Positions 50,701-64,000 of a stretch of DNA of 64,000 bases are shown piece by piece (the first letter of the stretch is position 1; each line of letters begins with the position of its first letter). This DNA is from Ophelia neglecta (lineage: Eukaryota), in the NCBI GenBank assembly GCA_965285935.1, contig CBDIWN010000008.1, forward strand, positions 372,001 to 436,000, written 5' to 3'. The translations under genes were made by a program, and so were the position numbers. Under the pieces are notes generated by a model. It worked only from the letters and a program-made list of their open reading frames with translations. It did not search any database and was not told the DNA's origin.

Positions 50701-51372
50701 CAGGCCCTATACAAATGAAGAGTAAATTTTCGTCCAAGACTACCTAATATTGATGCATTTAGCATAATTCCATTTTGATTTAACCGAAACCGACCTATAT
50801 ATTCACTTAATAGTCAGTAAAACTATTCAAATGCAAGCAGAATGGTCAAAGATTAGCTTTGACACTAGCTTTCTATTAGTGTATGCTCATTGTCATGAGC
50901 ACAATTTTATTAAACCTTACTTATTATGTAGGACTAGAAGTCTAATTTAAAAAAAATACTTATTCTATTTCGCCTTAGCCTATTGCCAATAGTATTGCCA
51001 AGAGTATGTTTGTACACAGGGGACAGTATCGACACCCGCACCCGTGGTATTGATAAGTTTCTAAATGCTGAGGCATATAATTAAACAAGGCCAGTGTTAC
51101 CAGTAAATTTAAGATTTACTGGTTTAGTTCTAACCAAATTGAGCAAGACACACATAGTTATCTAACTTATCCTTATATAGGAAGTCGAATAGCATTAGGA
51201 TGTTCAATTGATTTACGGGCTTCATCCATCGTTTATCTGGTTATAATGATTTGCCAGTAAGTATTTTAATAACAAGTCACATAATATTCCCCTAGTGACC
51301 TCATAATGTTGTTAGTATGTTCTTTTGAGAGTATTGTCACTTCAATAATGTTAATGGTTAATACTTTAATAA

Positions 51373-51903
51373 CACGTGTGTGATAGCCAGCCTGTCTGAG
51401 CATTCGTAGCTTTAACACATGATTGATACTCCGAACCTATCTGAGCACTCCTAGTAATAACATGTGAGTGATAGTTCATCCCTGTCTGAACAACCCTAAT
51501 TATAAAGTGTGCGTTATAAGCAGGGCCTATCCGAGAATTCTTAGTTAAAACACGTGAGTGATAATCCGGCCCTATCTTAGCACGACTAGCTATAACATTA
51601 TAGTGATAACTTTGCCCTTTCAGAGCATTCCTAACTTTATCGACTGAGGGATAACCCGGGCCTATCTGTGCCCTCCTTTCTATATCACGTGATTGATAAT
51701 CCGGCTCTATCTGAGCACTCTATCTATATCACGTGATTGATAATCCGGCTCTATCTGAGCACTCTTATCTTTACCACGTGAGTGATAATCCGGCCTTATC
51801 TGAACATTCCTAAGTATGACACGCGAGTGACAATCCGGCCCAATCTAAGCACTATAAGCCGTAACACGTTAGTGACAAATCGGCCCTATCTGAAAATTCT
51901 TAA
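51373..51903. repeat. Second copy of the 45-bp minisatellite
   Basis: Lies inside duplication copy 2. Confidence 0.9.
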
Positions 51904-52363
51904 TGTCACTTAGTTTTTACCTTGTCTATGGATCCAGATCTGGTGCATTTCTGCATCACTGTTCATGTGTTGATTGAACATTAATTGTTTTTGTTATTGA
52001 TAAAGCTTAACCGTTTCCCTTTTGCTCCAGTTCTACTTACGAAAAAATGCAGAAGAAATCCGAAAAGGTCTGGAAATTCTATCGGTATCAATTAGTAGAT
52101 GAATTCTACAACAATTGCGCCGCCATTGATCATCATCTGTAGCATATGGTACCTAGCGACGATTTATACCATAAACTTAATGACACAGTACAAGATAAGG
52201 GGCCGTTCTGTAAGAACCATTTTCTATATTTCTATATATACCATGCTTAGCTCAATATTTCCATTGCCTAATGCGCTAGGACTAAACACATCGACGATAG
52301 ATCCGTAAATTAAATAGCTATCACTAGTACAGTATATTAAGTGTAACAACGGATATTTAACTT

Positions 52364-53074
52364 TCCGGCACCCATTGGGTAAGTGAGGTCGTGTCTGTCT
52401 TGAGCACAGATAGAAATACCAGCAGCTCAAATGACTCACCTCTTCATGTGCGAGTGCCATTCTTGGACAATTTCTTCATGGAAGAGAAAACTGCTGGCTG
52501 CCAGAGAATATTTAAGACGCATTTGTCTCCTAAAGAGCTTCCAGATCACGTTTGGCTTCTTTCAGCAAATATTATACTGGTTTTAAGAAATCCCAAATCG
52601 GCCATAGTGTCCCGATATAATTTCGACCTGGACAGCAATGCTTTAATTCATGGGATGATTATTTTCAGTTTCAACTATCAAAAAATGTTCTTTACGGCCA
52701 TTGGTTTACTTATACAAAGAGGTGGTGGGAATATGCGCACAAAGCAAATGTTCACATTTTTACTTACGAGAATTTATCTTACGATTTAGAAGGTACTATT
52801 GAAAAAATGGCTGAATTCTTAAATACAAAAATTAGTAAAGAAACAGTTACTAAAATCGCAAAAGCATGTTAAATTCGAATCAATGCGTACCAATCCAATG
52901 ACAAATGAAATACGAATGCAAGGTTCCCTTTTGAAAATTCATAGACGTGGGGGAGTGGAGGACTGGAAGAATTATTTTATTGTAGCACAAAACGAGCTTT
53001 TTAATCAAACGTACAGTAAGCATATTCAAAGTGGAAGCAGCATTGGAAATTATTTGATACATAAAATTCCATGA
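52364..53074 (+). pseudogene. Cytosolic sulfotransferase pseudogene, copy 2
   Basis: Same motifs as copy 1, with RIFKTHL and LRNPKS intact, but the same two downstream frameshifts and TAA. Confidence 0.85.
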
Positions 53075-56000
53075 CATTGAAACATGCGAAATCCACTGTC
53101 CATACGCCCGTTGCAGTTACGAACGCCCCGGCCTGCGTGATACAATCAATGAACCCAAAATCAAATAGCGATATTTAACTTCATTTAAACAACATTACTA
53201 CATTATTTACATAATAAGTTATATTTATATCTACTATGTAGCTCAATTAGGGAGAGGGTTAAGAGGATTATTAGGTTTGATTTTTGAAAGAGGGGACCTG
53301 TTGTAAATTTAATCTGCTACTTCATGGTAGAGTTTTTCTTTTAGGCACAGGTATTAATTCTTTAAATCGAAATAGCACATATGACGATTATCCAATACTC
53401 TGCCAATTATGAAACCATCATTTTTTTCAATTGTAGTACCTTTTTTTCAATTAATAGGATTTCACATTTTACTTAAAATTAGACAGCAAAATAACGATTA
53501 ATTCCTATACTTTGTCACATAGGAGCAAATGATGATATATCGCTTTATGTTCGTTTTTTTGTTGAAAAAAATGTATATAGCATGAACAAAGGAGTTGGAG
53601 CTTATAATGATTAAGCACGTGTAAGGTTTGTCTTCGTCAATCTTTACTGTGGTCCATTTATATATGTCTTCCGGTAGTTTTGAATAATGATCTGGAAACG
53701 TCACCTTAACGTGGAAATGCAATAATATACCAGTCTATTCAGTACATGTACACTTAAGTAGCTGGGAATTTATATTTATACGTATGCGCTACAGTGGTTT
53801 CTCTTCATCTTTATTGCAGTTATGAGAAATGTATATCAAATACGTTGATCTGTCCTTTGAGATATAAGCACGCCTTTTCATGAGGTTTATTAACCCACTT
53901 ACTCTTCTGTCACTGGCGACTATGCTGTCTTTAGGAATGTCATATACGACTTTGTTCTTAGGCAGAGTGCGCACCAAACAACGAAAACAGTCCACGAAAC
54001 AAGAAAATTCATCCTTTTCCTGTAGTCTTAATAAAACAATGAAAAACATGTTCAAGTCTTAATTGTACATTTATTATGACAAAGTCAGTCTCAATGCGTA
54101 TGGTTTCGTTGTAAATTGATAAAATCATATCAGCATTTAAATGGCAATTAGGTCGAGGAAATCAAACATCAGTCTTTGAAAGAATGTCGGTAATAATTTG
54201 TCTCACGTACATGTAACATCTCACAATACATATATATTCTTAATGAACTATTAGCAATGTTCATAATTAGGTTGCATGTTCTTAAAAGTGATGTTCCTGG
54301 CATAACGATGCAAACGTTACATCCGGTTAAACGCTTAGCCAATAAGGTGTTCTTTATAATGCAGGTATCCAAGCTTCCTAATCCTTTTTAGCCAAATCTC
54401 GTATTTGTCCGGTAGGCTAAATGAAAAGGATGTGTTTTTAAATTTTGCCTAGAAGTTCACAGCATGACATTCCAGAATTCTAATCAAACGTGAGATTAAG
54501 GCCGAGTTAAGAGCATCCACGCCATTTACAAACAACTGTCATGAAATACTAAAGATACTACTGCGAATATTCAGTTGTTTCTAAACTCTCTGTTTGAATT
54601 TCGGCGTTCATGTGAGAATTATCCACCTTCTGTATTTTAAACTTGGTGTACCCTTTTCGGCCGGAAACGATGGTTTTGAAGTGCGTTAGGTATAAATTCA
54701 CTTCAATATATGTTTTGTGATTGAAAGTGCTTTTTTTTCCACATTCACGGGTTGACATAAAGTGAAGTTCAATAGCGTGAACTTATCGCTATTATAATGG
54801 TATTGGACCGTTTTCGTGACGCCCTGTAATAAGTACTTACTTTGCTCCTATGACTTTAGTGATCTCATTTATATACTCCGGTATTCCTAGCCCAGTAAAA
54901 ACTACACTTCTCGGCATGCTAAGATGAAGATTCTTGAGAAAATCAAGAAATGTTTCTGTCTCCGTCCGAGGAAATAAAGCGGTCTTGATAGTGTACACCT
55001 GTTATAAAAGAGGTTTTTGGGGATTAGACAATGAAGAACAAATATAATATATAAAAGCACCAATGGGTTTGAAAGAACCGAGAGCATACAGACATCGTTT
55101 ATAATGCATTTGCAATACCAGATAATGATTATCTAAATTTAATCACATCGTTTGATGATACATGGAAATAGAAAATGGTGTTTAACTTAACTTAAAGAGT
55201 ACTAATTCCTGTAACTAGTAATAAATAATGATAACTGTTCCAAGTATTGTTTGTGATGTTAATACTAACCCCCTCGTCATCAACTGGTAAATGATAGACC
55301 ACCTTGATCAAAGATCCTCCCGCAAACGAACGTGATATTTTCTTTCACGGACAATTTTGATTAAGTATGAAAATTAAATCAGTTCCTACATATTTGATTA
55401 TTACTGAAACACTACGGCCAGAAAAAATTGTGATCAGTACGTTTTTAACTACGTCCATCTAAAAGGTATAATATAATACTTTACGGCGTTGTTGCTACAT
55501 AATAAAATAATTGGGTTTAAATTTTCAAGGTAATTAAAACTTTCAAAAAATTCTAAATTTCATGCCCAAATTTTTATTTCAAATATGGCTGAACAAAATC
55601 CGTTTCTTCAAAAAAATATCTAGTAAGCACAGCTCCCCCTCCCCTTTTTATAATCTACTGGAACGTCGGTACTGCTTGTGCCACACCAATAGGATCAACT
55701 TAAATAGGTCCCTAGTCAATAAAACGGTTATTCAAAATGTGTTCCTCACCTATATCAAGTGCTAGTTTTGATTCCCTACCATAAAGGAATAGCTCGCCGG
55801 GAAGAGATATACCCGCCGCCATTGTGTAGGAAGCAAACATTGTTCTTGTTATATTTCCCCCGTTATGGTATCAATTTATTACGTTTAATTATTTTTACAC
55901 ATCACCGAGCCACTGTACAGGTCATTTAAGAAGTACCTGTGTATTTGCTTTTATATATTTGCCAGGTTCGATGTTACTGCTCCTGCTCTTTGTTTATAGT

Positions 56001-57984
56001 GATATTTGTGCCGGCTGTTTCAAAAAAATCATCAATCCACTCCAAAATCTAAATAAATGAAAAGCTATAGTTCACTCCCTAATAGTAGACAATAAAGTAC
56101 TCTACATAACAATCGATTTTTTGTCAATGCTCAGAGCGTATAAAAAAATTTAAGGATTTGTTGGCTGCATATCAGAAATATGACATTTACAATTGACATT
56201 AATGAATGAATAACATTTTGAACAGTGGTTTAAACTGTCTAAATATCGGAAACAAGGTGTTCTTGTATAAGCAAAAAGGTCATAATATGGTAGATAGGTT
56301 ACGATGAGTCCATGTTTTCCCTGGGTTAAAACATGTGTTCTGTGTTGGAAGAATGCCTGAAACTCGAAAGGACGACGTTATTCTCATCCCAAAGTAAACG
56401 TTGGTGAACTTAAACCTTCCTAGCTGGTATTTTTTTCCTCAAATTTTTGGTCATCAGCTGTGACAGGGCAAGCAGACATAATGGAGTATACTTTATGTGT
56501 ATTAGTCTGCACTCCTCCTGCTCAGCATGTATATTTCACCTCTTTGCTTCGTCCATTTGGAGATCGGTTGAATAAAAAATATTTCATCTCGATGGTGAAA
56601 AGGTTATATAAATGTGCGAAAAATCAACATTTTACAAAGGTGGGACATATTCTGCTCACTTACAAATACATATATTCAACAAATTAACTTCATGATTTAT
56701 CAGACAATAGCGTAGTTAGTTGGTTGGGTCTGGTGTGGCGGTAGGGCAATACAATTCACTGCACCTATACATTCGGTGGCTGCTGCTAGAAGAAAGATTT
56801 CCCGCCGTCGATCAGCTTAATATCCTAAAGTGGTCTGTGCATATAATTAAACGCCTGAATGAGTTTAAAATAGAAATACGAGGCGTTCTAACCACAGGGG
56901 ATTTCAAATACATTGGGCAACAAAAGTAAGGCCTAGCACATTTAATTTATAGCACATGCAAAAGAAAAAGATTATATTAAGGAATATATGAAAGCCTACT
57001 CAAAATCCAGACACTAATTTATTGTTTTCACCAAACCGAGGAATGTCCAACGCACAAGTGTAAGAACTGAATGGTCCGATGAGCTGCATGGAGAACATAT
57101 GAAAACAGGTGAGCTTAAATCGACCCGTATATAGTATTAAATCGTTTTTTAAACAAAGAAAGTTTTTAGCCTAACCAACATGAAATGGTTCAAGTCTTAT
57201 CAAACTGGGTTCAATTGCATTATATCTTGTAATAAATATTCAGTTTGTATCAACATAAACACCCAAAAATTGATCATTACTGATAATCATTTGACTTTCA
57301 AGACTTCTAAAGTGGTTTCTAGCAAACTGCATGGATCGTGAAGATTGAACGAGCAACTGCAAGGACTGGTGGTGATTAAACGAATCATTGACAGCGGACA
57401 TGGACGGAGGCTGAGGAGACAACTGGCTTGCCAATTGGCTGCTCTGGGAAGACGACTTAGTTACCAAAAGCAAGGGTGGAGACTGTGGAGATGACTGACT
57501 TGATAGTTTGAATGAAAGGATGCTGTGGTGATTATGAAATTGTATTCTTCTTTTCTTTTTTCCAAAATTTCACAGCAAAACACTGTATCAGGAGGAGCGT
57601 TATTTACTTAAAGTGTCTCTTGGGCTCTTCGAATAATAGATGTTTGGGGAAAAAGCCGTTTTTGTCTTCCTTTATTTGGTAGGATGCATGTCACCCTTCT
57701 TTTTTGTAGTTTGAACAGGCGTAGGTGGTTGAGATGGCATCGGCTTGTTCTGATGAGAATAAGGTGGTATTAAAACGTCCGTCGTCATCAATGAGTTTTT
57801 TCGGGCGCTTGCAGCTGCTTGCATTCCATGGAACGTTTGGGGAACAGGAAAAGTGTCTGTTTTCAGTGAGATAAGCTGCTAGGCTACCTCATATGCCATG
57901 CTTTCTTATGATAAATGGCAGAACATCGCCGTCAGAGAGTAACAGAGAATGAACATCTAGACTACACACTTCGCCCGATTGTGA

Positions 57985-58330
57985 AAAATCTGCCCAGTCG
58001 ATGCTTTTATTGATAATGGCGGGGGGGGGGGGGGGGGGGTTTCCTGGTGAAAAGTGTGTTTCTTATTGCCTAACACCTATGGATAAGCTACCAGGTTTTT
58101 TTTCGTCAAACATCAGGATTCTCCCCTTTGAACAGCAGTAAGTAAGCGGAATAGTGAAGGAGATGTGTACGGCTGCAAAAATTAGTGGTGACAGGATAAA
58201 ATATTCACTACGCTCTACTGCTGCCAGTCGATTGGATGAAGCAGGAATTTACCAAAAATAATTTAGGATATAGTAGCATTGAGGTCCTACAAACGAACCA
58301 ACGAGGTAAAAAGGCATTATGTAGTAGTAT
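57985..58330 (+). mobile_element. Crypton-like tyrosine recombinase (DUF3504-type) relic
   Basis: VSGIVKEMCTAAKISGDRIKYSLRSTAASRLDEAGI followed by ALRSYKRT resembles the TNHSLRATAATRL..G..GHRS..VRSYKR motif. Confidence 0.7.
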
Positions 58331-58548
58331 TATACCGGGCGATCAACCCTCATGCAGTCTGTCTGACATCTCCACGTCCTTCTTTAAGTACATATGGTGC
58401 GTACACTGACTTCAGTAGTATCACTAGCCCTCTCCACATAATAGTAGGATAAGTGTTGCTGATTCTGGCGCTTCATCCATCCGTATCGTCAATAACAGTC
58501 ATTTATGGCGCGGTCTTTTCAACCTTAATAAAGGCTGAGTCATAGATG

Positions 58549-60138
58549 ACCGAGATGGCCATATTGGAATTCAAAATGGCCGCCACTTGACATCTACATT
58601 TTCTATTATCTCTGGACATAATGCAGCTATTGACTTGAATACCAGCCACAGTTTGTCTTCTGGTTGCAACTCCTGTCCCAGGGACACTGCCAGCACCACA
58701 ACATCGGTGTCTTCAGTCCGGATGAGTATTGTATGGTGTTCATGCTGTGTTGCCTGCAGCTCATCCCTCCAACGAAAGCAGCTCTGGAAGAACATGTCAA
58801 GAGGGCAGTGTATCAAGGTGGACATGTCTATGGTCAGATACTGCTACCAGCACCAGAGCTCCCTCCACCAACCAACTGGGGTCGGTTAAGGACAGGAGAA
58901 GGACAGAACACACCTTACTGGACCAGGCTAACTGAGGCAGCACACAGCTGCATTGAGCTGGTTTCTTGCAAGTGCAAGAAAGGGTGTGTCAGGCGCTGCA
59001 AGTGCAAGAAGGCTGCCCTTCAGTGCACAGCCCTGGAAGGGGACTGCATATGACGATGAGTCAACAACATACATGTACTTTTGGCAATGCTAAACTTGTT
59101 TAACATGACACCATTTATGTACACGTCTTTCTCTTCGAATAAAAGATGTTTTTGTCTTTCTTTATTTGGTAGGATGCATGTCAGCGGGAAGACGAGTTGG
59201 GTAACCAAAAGCAAGGGTGGAGGCTGTGGAGATGACTGACTTGATAGTTTGAATGAATGGATGCTGTGGAGATAATGAAATTTTATTCTTCATTTCTCTT
59301 CAAGTAGTAAATTGATACTTACGGTTCCTCATATGAGAACCGAAACTTATAGGCGGCGCTGTTTCAGATATATTGCTCCATGTCTTTGGAACATGCTGCC
59401 TGAAGATATAAAAACTGCAAAAACAATTATGTCTTTTAAGAAGCAATCAAAAATACATCTGTCAAATTAGAATACATGTAGCACCATATTCTTAAAATTG
59501 TATTTCTTTTTGTCTTATATTTTAAGCTTGTAACTTTTAACAAGGACCTACTTTAGCATTATCTAGTTACTACTTTATTCTGAGTTGTTTATAATGAAAC
59601 TGTTAGATGTTTTTTATTTTGTAAAGTGCTTAGAGCTATGTATAGGCGCTATAGAAATCAATGTATTAAACTACTACTAATAATAATAATGTCCAGAGAT
59701 AATAGCAAAAGTAGATTTCAAGTTGAAAATGGTACCATTGCATTCCTTGCCCCCAAAACCATACATTTAGACACCAGAATGAAGTCAATCGATGCATTTT
59801 GACCAGAGATTGTAGAAAATGGAGATTTCAAGTGGCGGCCATTTTGAAATCCAATATGGCCGACGTAAAGACAAAAATTTCAAGTTGAAAATGGTACCAT
59901 TGCAGTCCTTGCCCCCAAAAACATACATTAAGACACATGAATGAAGTCAATAGCTGCATTATGTCCAGAGATAATAGCAAATGTAGATGTCAAGTGGCGG
60001 CCATTTTGAAATCCAATTTCAAGTGACCCAATATCTGAAAATGTTTGCAATATATTGATGTACATTCGTGCCAAATTTAGTTCTTGTTTCACAAAATGCA
60101 CAATACTGTTTTAATATTTGGGCTAAGCCGCTGCACTA
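58549..60138 (+). mobile_element. Rearranged Academ-like DNA transposon remnant
   Basis: Plus-strand LIPPTKAALEEHVKRAVYQGGH..CKCKKGCVRRCKCKKAALQCT (C-terminal Cys-rich finger), minus-strand RTEDTDVVVLAV (XPG/PIN-like DTDV motif), repeated AAGTGGCGGCCATTTTGAAATCCAA subterminal blocks, and a right end ..GCCGCTGCACTA consistent with TAG/CTA termini. Confidence 0.65.
59324..59690 (+). mobile_element. 3' end of an L2 LINE nested in the Academ-like element
   Basis: VPHMRTETYRRRCFRYIAPCLWNMLPEDIKTAKTIMSFKKQSKIHL followed by the L2-type tail TGTAAAGTGCTTAGAG..GGCGCTATAGAAAT and (TAA)n. Confidence 0.85.
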
Positions 60139-62142
60139 AAACGATTCAATAGAGTTAAGTTGACATAGTCCATCCTATTAATTTACACGAAAAATGAAAA
60201 AGTAATCATGTTTTTTTAATTAAACTATTCATGTATGATAATTAAGCTTTTTTGGTATCCAGCGTAGACCTGTTTTGGATTAAAATTGCTTAATTCCTAC
60301 TGACCCGCAATAATCACATGATAGTACACCGGATTCATGAGAGCAAATTTCTATATTGTTAGTTTTGATGATTTTCAAAAATCAAGAGATGTATACGGAA
60401 TTCTTATTTATAAGCCCACATTCCCACCGGCAAAACAAATCCTTTCACGAGTCGTACGCAAGCTGTGGACTTGTGGACAGCAGGTGATTATTTTTATATA
60501 TAATCGGTGTAAATTGAGGGTGTATTTCTGAGGACATAAACATGTCTTCGTTTAGGAGAGTGAAAAGATTTGGGAAATTAATTTCCAGTTGTTGGCTCTA
60601 GAAAAAATTTGTCATATTAGCTTAATTTTCTATCAGTCTAGCCAACTGCTTCGATGTGAGGGTTAAAATCCTTCTTTTGTTTTCATTCTAACATAAAATG
60701 TCTCCGTCGAGTTCATATATGGACACCGTTGCGTTTCCATATTTTTCTGTAGTATCGTTGGTTGCCATAAGACTTCTTTCTCTGTCAGTATGAGATTGTT
60801 CGCCGGAGGTTCGCCGTCGAAAATATGTCTGGGTTTTTACACACCACAGGCCCGTATTAACTCACCCCGGAGAGCGCTGACAGAAGCTCTTTATGATCGA
60901 CCGCATTTCAACATATACAAGCTGAACCCATTCTAGACGATCGGTTAATAAATACACCTAATGGCACAAGTTTGAGGCCTAAAATGTATTTCTTCGTACC
61001 GGAGTTAGGTTTAACAAAGAACCTTTGGATGACGGATGGCTAAGTCGAGTGGGGCAATTATGATGCCTTTTAAAGGGGTCGCCTCTGTGGTATGCGTCTC
61101 ACGCCACTCGCTGGAAAACTGCACTTGGGTGGCTAGGTTGAGGTCGCGAGTCTCTAAATACTGAAAAGGTTTGGACCGATTAAATATGCCTTTGTTGTTA
61201 GGGCGCTTATCTGCTTGACTGACGTGTAGCCAAAAGCAACAGCTACAGTCTTTGTCTATACTGTCTGGATGTTATATTTAAATAATGGTAGCTAATGTAT
61301 GACAATTTAGAACATGTAGAGAACTGTTTCAATTGTGACATCAACCTGGACCCATAACTGCATTTCAGGCCTATTTATAAAGTTTCGCCGCACGAACATT
61401 TTTTGTGTGCGATTTGCCTTAGTATCCCTTCTTTCCAAAGCTCTTCCCCGCGACGATACTGTATGGTAAAGTATGGGTGGGGAACCGTCCGGGTTTACAT
61501 CACTTTGGGTTAGTTTTTATCTCATTGTCAAATTGTTCATTTTGTTGATGAATATGATTCCGAGCTTTAATTCCATCAACACAAATCAACCTAACACTGA
61601 CCCGGCGCGTGAATCTCGTACTGCATAAACCAGTGCTAGGTTTATTTGCCTCGTTTGAAATCCCGTGGCACTCTGTTTACCGCGAGACTTCGCAAAAAAA
61701 CTAACAGATTTGGACACCGTAAGATGGTAGCACAATCGGCTTGGTTCACAGCCTGCAGATTTTTGGGTTGGCAGGGGTTTGTTGAGATCATATTTCTCTC
61801 AATTTTTTCGTTTATCAAATTCGGCCTGTCCATTTCCAAACTATAGATCAAATTATAGATGGAATACCTGGGACTTTTCGCATTTGGGATATTACACCCC
61901 TTTTTCGCGAGTGGATGTATTTTTATCGCAAACTGACTTGGTGTTACTGGTCCCATGAGTGGTTTGGCCGAATCTCGGTGTTTCGTTTGATACTAATTTC
62001 ATTTCTGCCCCATGAGAACTGACGGACTAATGGTCAATTCTCGTCGCCGATATATTACCCCAATTTCGATAATAACGGCTGGTATCTCTGAACGGGGGGA
62101 GGGGGTTTTAATAGCCCATGTACGTGGCCTGGTACATATACG

Positions 62143-62685
62143 TCTACCTGTACATTGCTCTCCGTCCTACCTGTACCTGGCTCTCAATCCTACCTGTACC
62201 TGGCTCTCCATCCTACCTGTACCTGGCTCTCCATCCTACCTGTAACTTGCTCTCCGTCCTACCTGTATGTGGCTCTCCATCCTACCTGATCTCCATCATA
62301 CCTGTACCTGGATCAACATCCTACATGTACCTGGCGCTCCATCCTACCTGTACCTGGCTCTCCATCGGCCATCCTACCTGTACCTGGCTCTGCATTCTAC
62401 CTGTACCTGGCTCTCCATCGGCCGTCCTACCTGTACCTGGGTCTCCAGCCTACCCTTACCTAGCGCTCCATCCTACCTGTACCTGGCTCTCCATCCTACC
62501 TGTATCTGGCTCTCCATCGGCCATCCTACCTGTACCTGGCTCTCCATCCTACCTGTACCTGGTTCTCCATCGGCCATCCTACCTGTACCTGGCTCTCCAT
62601 CCTACCTGTATCTGGCTCTCCATCTACCATCCTACCTGTACCTGGCTCTCCATCCTACCTGTACCTGGCTCTCCATCGGCCTGTA
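62143..62685. repeat. Minisatellite, 23-bp unit CCATCCTACCTGTACCTGGCTCT with 30-bp variants (+CCATCGG), about 20 copies
   Basis: Directly visible; explains the repetitive ORFs at 62012-62693. Confidence 0.95.
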
Positions 62686-64000
62686 AAAGGTAATGTGGTG
62701 CCCTGGAGAAAAACAATTTCTATCTGCTAATACTCAGACTGAAACATGTCTAGTCTCGTTTTTAAGTCAGCTGTTATAGGCGCCAAATTTTCAAAATCTG
62801 GGCAAAGGTGATCCGGCAAAAAATTGAGTAAAATCATTATAATTATCAGGATCAACCTTTTAATGTTTAAGATGTTCAAATAGTTGATATTTTTGGGTAA
62901 ACCATAATATGACATATATATTCACAGTTAACAGTGTCTTATTTATTATATTTATTATTTACATGAAAATAATCAAACTGTCATAATATTTTATTTCAGG
63001 AGGTCCAAAATGCCTCTGTGAGAGCAGGGGATTATGTGAATGCCCAATGCATTTTCCACATGGACAGGACTTCAGTAAAGACTCTCGCAGAACTAGCAGT
63101 ACCATACTGGGGGGGGGGGGGGGGGTGAAGGGTGCGCCAAATAAAAACATGTATACGAGTGACTGGTAGTAAGTTCATGAAACGTATCCACAATATGTAT
63201 CCCAATTCCAAAATCAAAATACATCAGATTTTAGAAAAAAATTTCTGTGTTTCGTGGCATTGCTTTAGTTAAGGGTAAAGCAGAGTACACCAGCATCAGT
63301 GCTGCCCACAGTGGGCCTTGCAGGCCCCAATTAGGATTTTTTTAGTATTTCTTGACATTGCTATAGTGGCTTTTAGAGGAAACCTTAAGGCAACAGGTAA
63401 ATCGGTCGACCCAAATAAACATTTATGATTTTTTTTTGGAACTGTGTACATCCCGGGATCGGTCTATTCCTGAATGGAAACATTACATAATTTCCACCAT
63501 ATAACTTTTGATTTTATTTAGAACTTATGTTGAAAGTGACTGTCGGACATGCATGCATGCATGCTATCCCTTACAATAGGATGGGGGCTTGTGTTCCTTA
63601 AATTCTTCTATTTATATAGTGTGCTTACGTGGCCAGGTGGGGGGTTGCGTTCCTATAATTCTTGTATTAAATAAGTATGCTTGCCTGGCTAAGTCACAAA
63701 TAATGTAGATGTTCTGACATGATTTTATGACTATTACTTTGCCCTTTATTATCAGTGCATCATCCTGGACTGAATGATAATAAATATATTGAATTTGCAT
63801 TCTAGTTATTGTTTTCTTTCAAATAACTAATATGAACTTTCCTGGACAGATTTTGTTTATATCAATATAATCCCAATCCCTTCTATGTTTAATTTGGGAG
63901 TGTGCAATTGTTAAGCATAGAACTTCATAAATAAAAGCAAGAAATATCCAGATATTATTGTTTATCATTAAAATTTAATTCATTATTTACCATTTACCAA

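Larger units (their letters stand above)
43698..54281. repeat. Direct tandem segmental duplication: two 5.29-kb copies (about 43698-48984 and 48985-54281)
   Basis: Near-identical sequence and ORFs offset by about 5283-5296 bp. TGTT(C/A)T microhomology at the left flank, junction and right flank. Confidence 0.95.

Noticed and set aside
57240-57473. Ser/Gln-rich ORF ending FLGVYVDTN
   Set aside because: Only a short LINE-like motif at the end of low-complexity sequence; too little to call a gene or element.
60700-61960. GC-richer stretch with short ORFs
   Set aside because: No recognisable motif or consistent splice pattern found by eye.
62012-62693. Three overlapping repetitive ORFs up to 191 aa
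   Set aside because: They are by-products of a stop-poor 23-bp minisatellite open in several frames.

Overview
AT-rich metazoan invertebrate DNA with GT-AG introns; a mollusc-like lophotrochozoan origin is inferred, not shown. Positions 1-42 kb hold three tandem minus-strand paralogous cell-surface receptor genes, here called A, B and C, whose exons I reconstructed by hand. All share the ectodomain: signal peptide, EGF-like exon, F-type lectin (fucolectin/F5-8C-like) domain, Cys-rich exon, MEGF/laminin-EGF-like repeats, FN3-like domain, then TM. Gene A (ATG 6819, runs off the left edge) and gene C (ATG 41977, stop 26721, 25 exons) continue into a receptor protein tyrosine phosphatase region. 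In C, D1 is intact ([14 protein letters not shown]) and D2 is degenerate. Gene B (ATG 20712, stop 12357, 10 exons, about 720 aa) is a recent duplicate of A's ectodomain joined to a different TM exon and a short tail with YEKI-x6-YANL (ITAM spacing) and YEDI. Gene C carries one in-frame TAG in its EGF exon. A/B differences concentrate in the lectin ligand-binding loops. Together this looks like a paired activating/phosphatase glycan-recognition receptor cluster (inference). The right part holds a 5.29-kb tandem duplication containing a sulfotransferase pseudogene and a 45-bp GATA/E-box minisatellite, then Crypton, Academ and L2 relics and a 23-bp minisatellite. No prokaryotic genes, rRNA, tRNA or CRISPR were seen.
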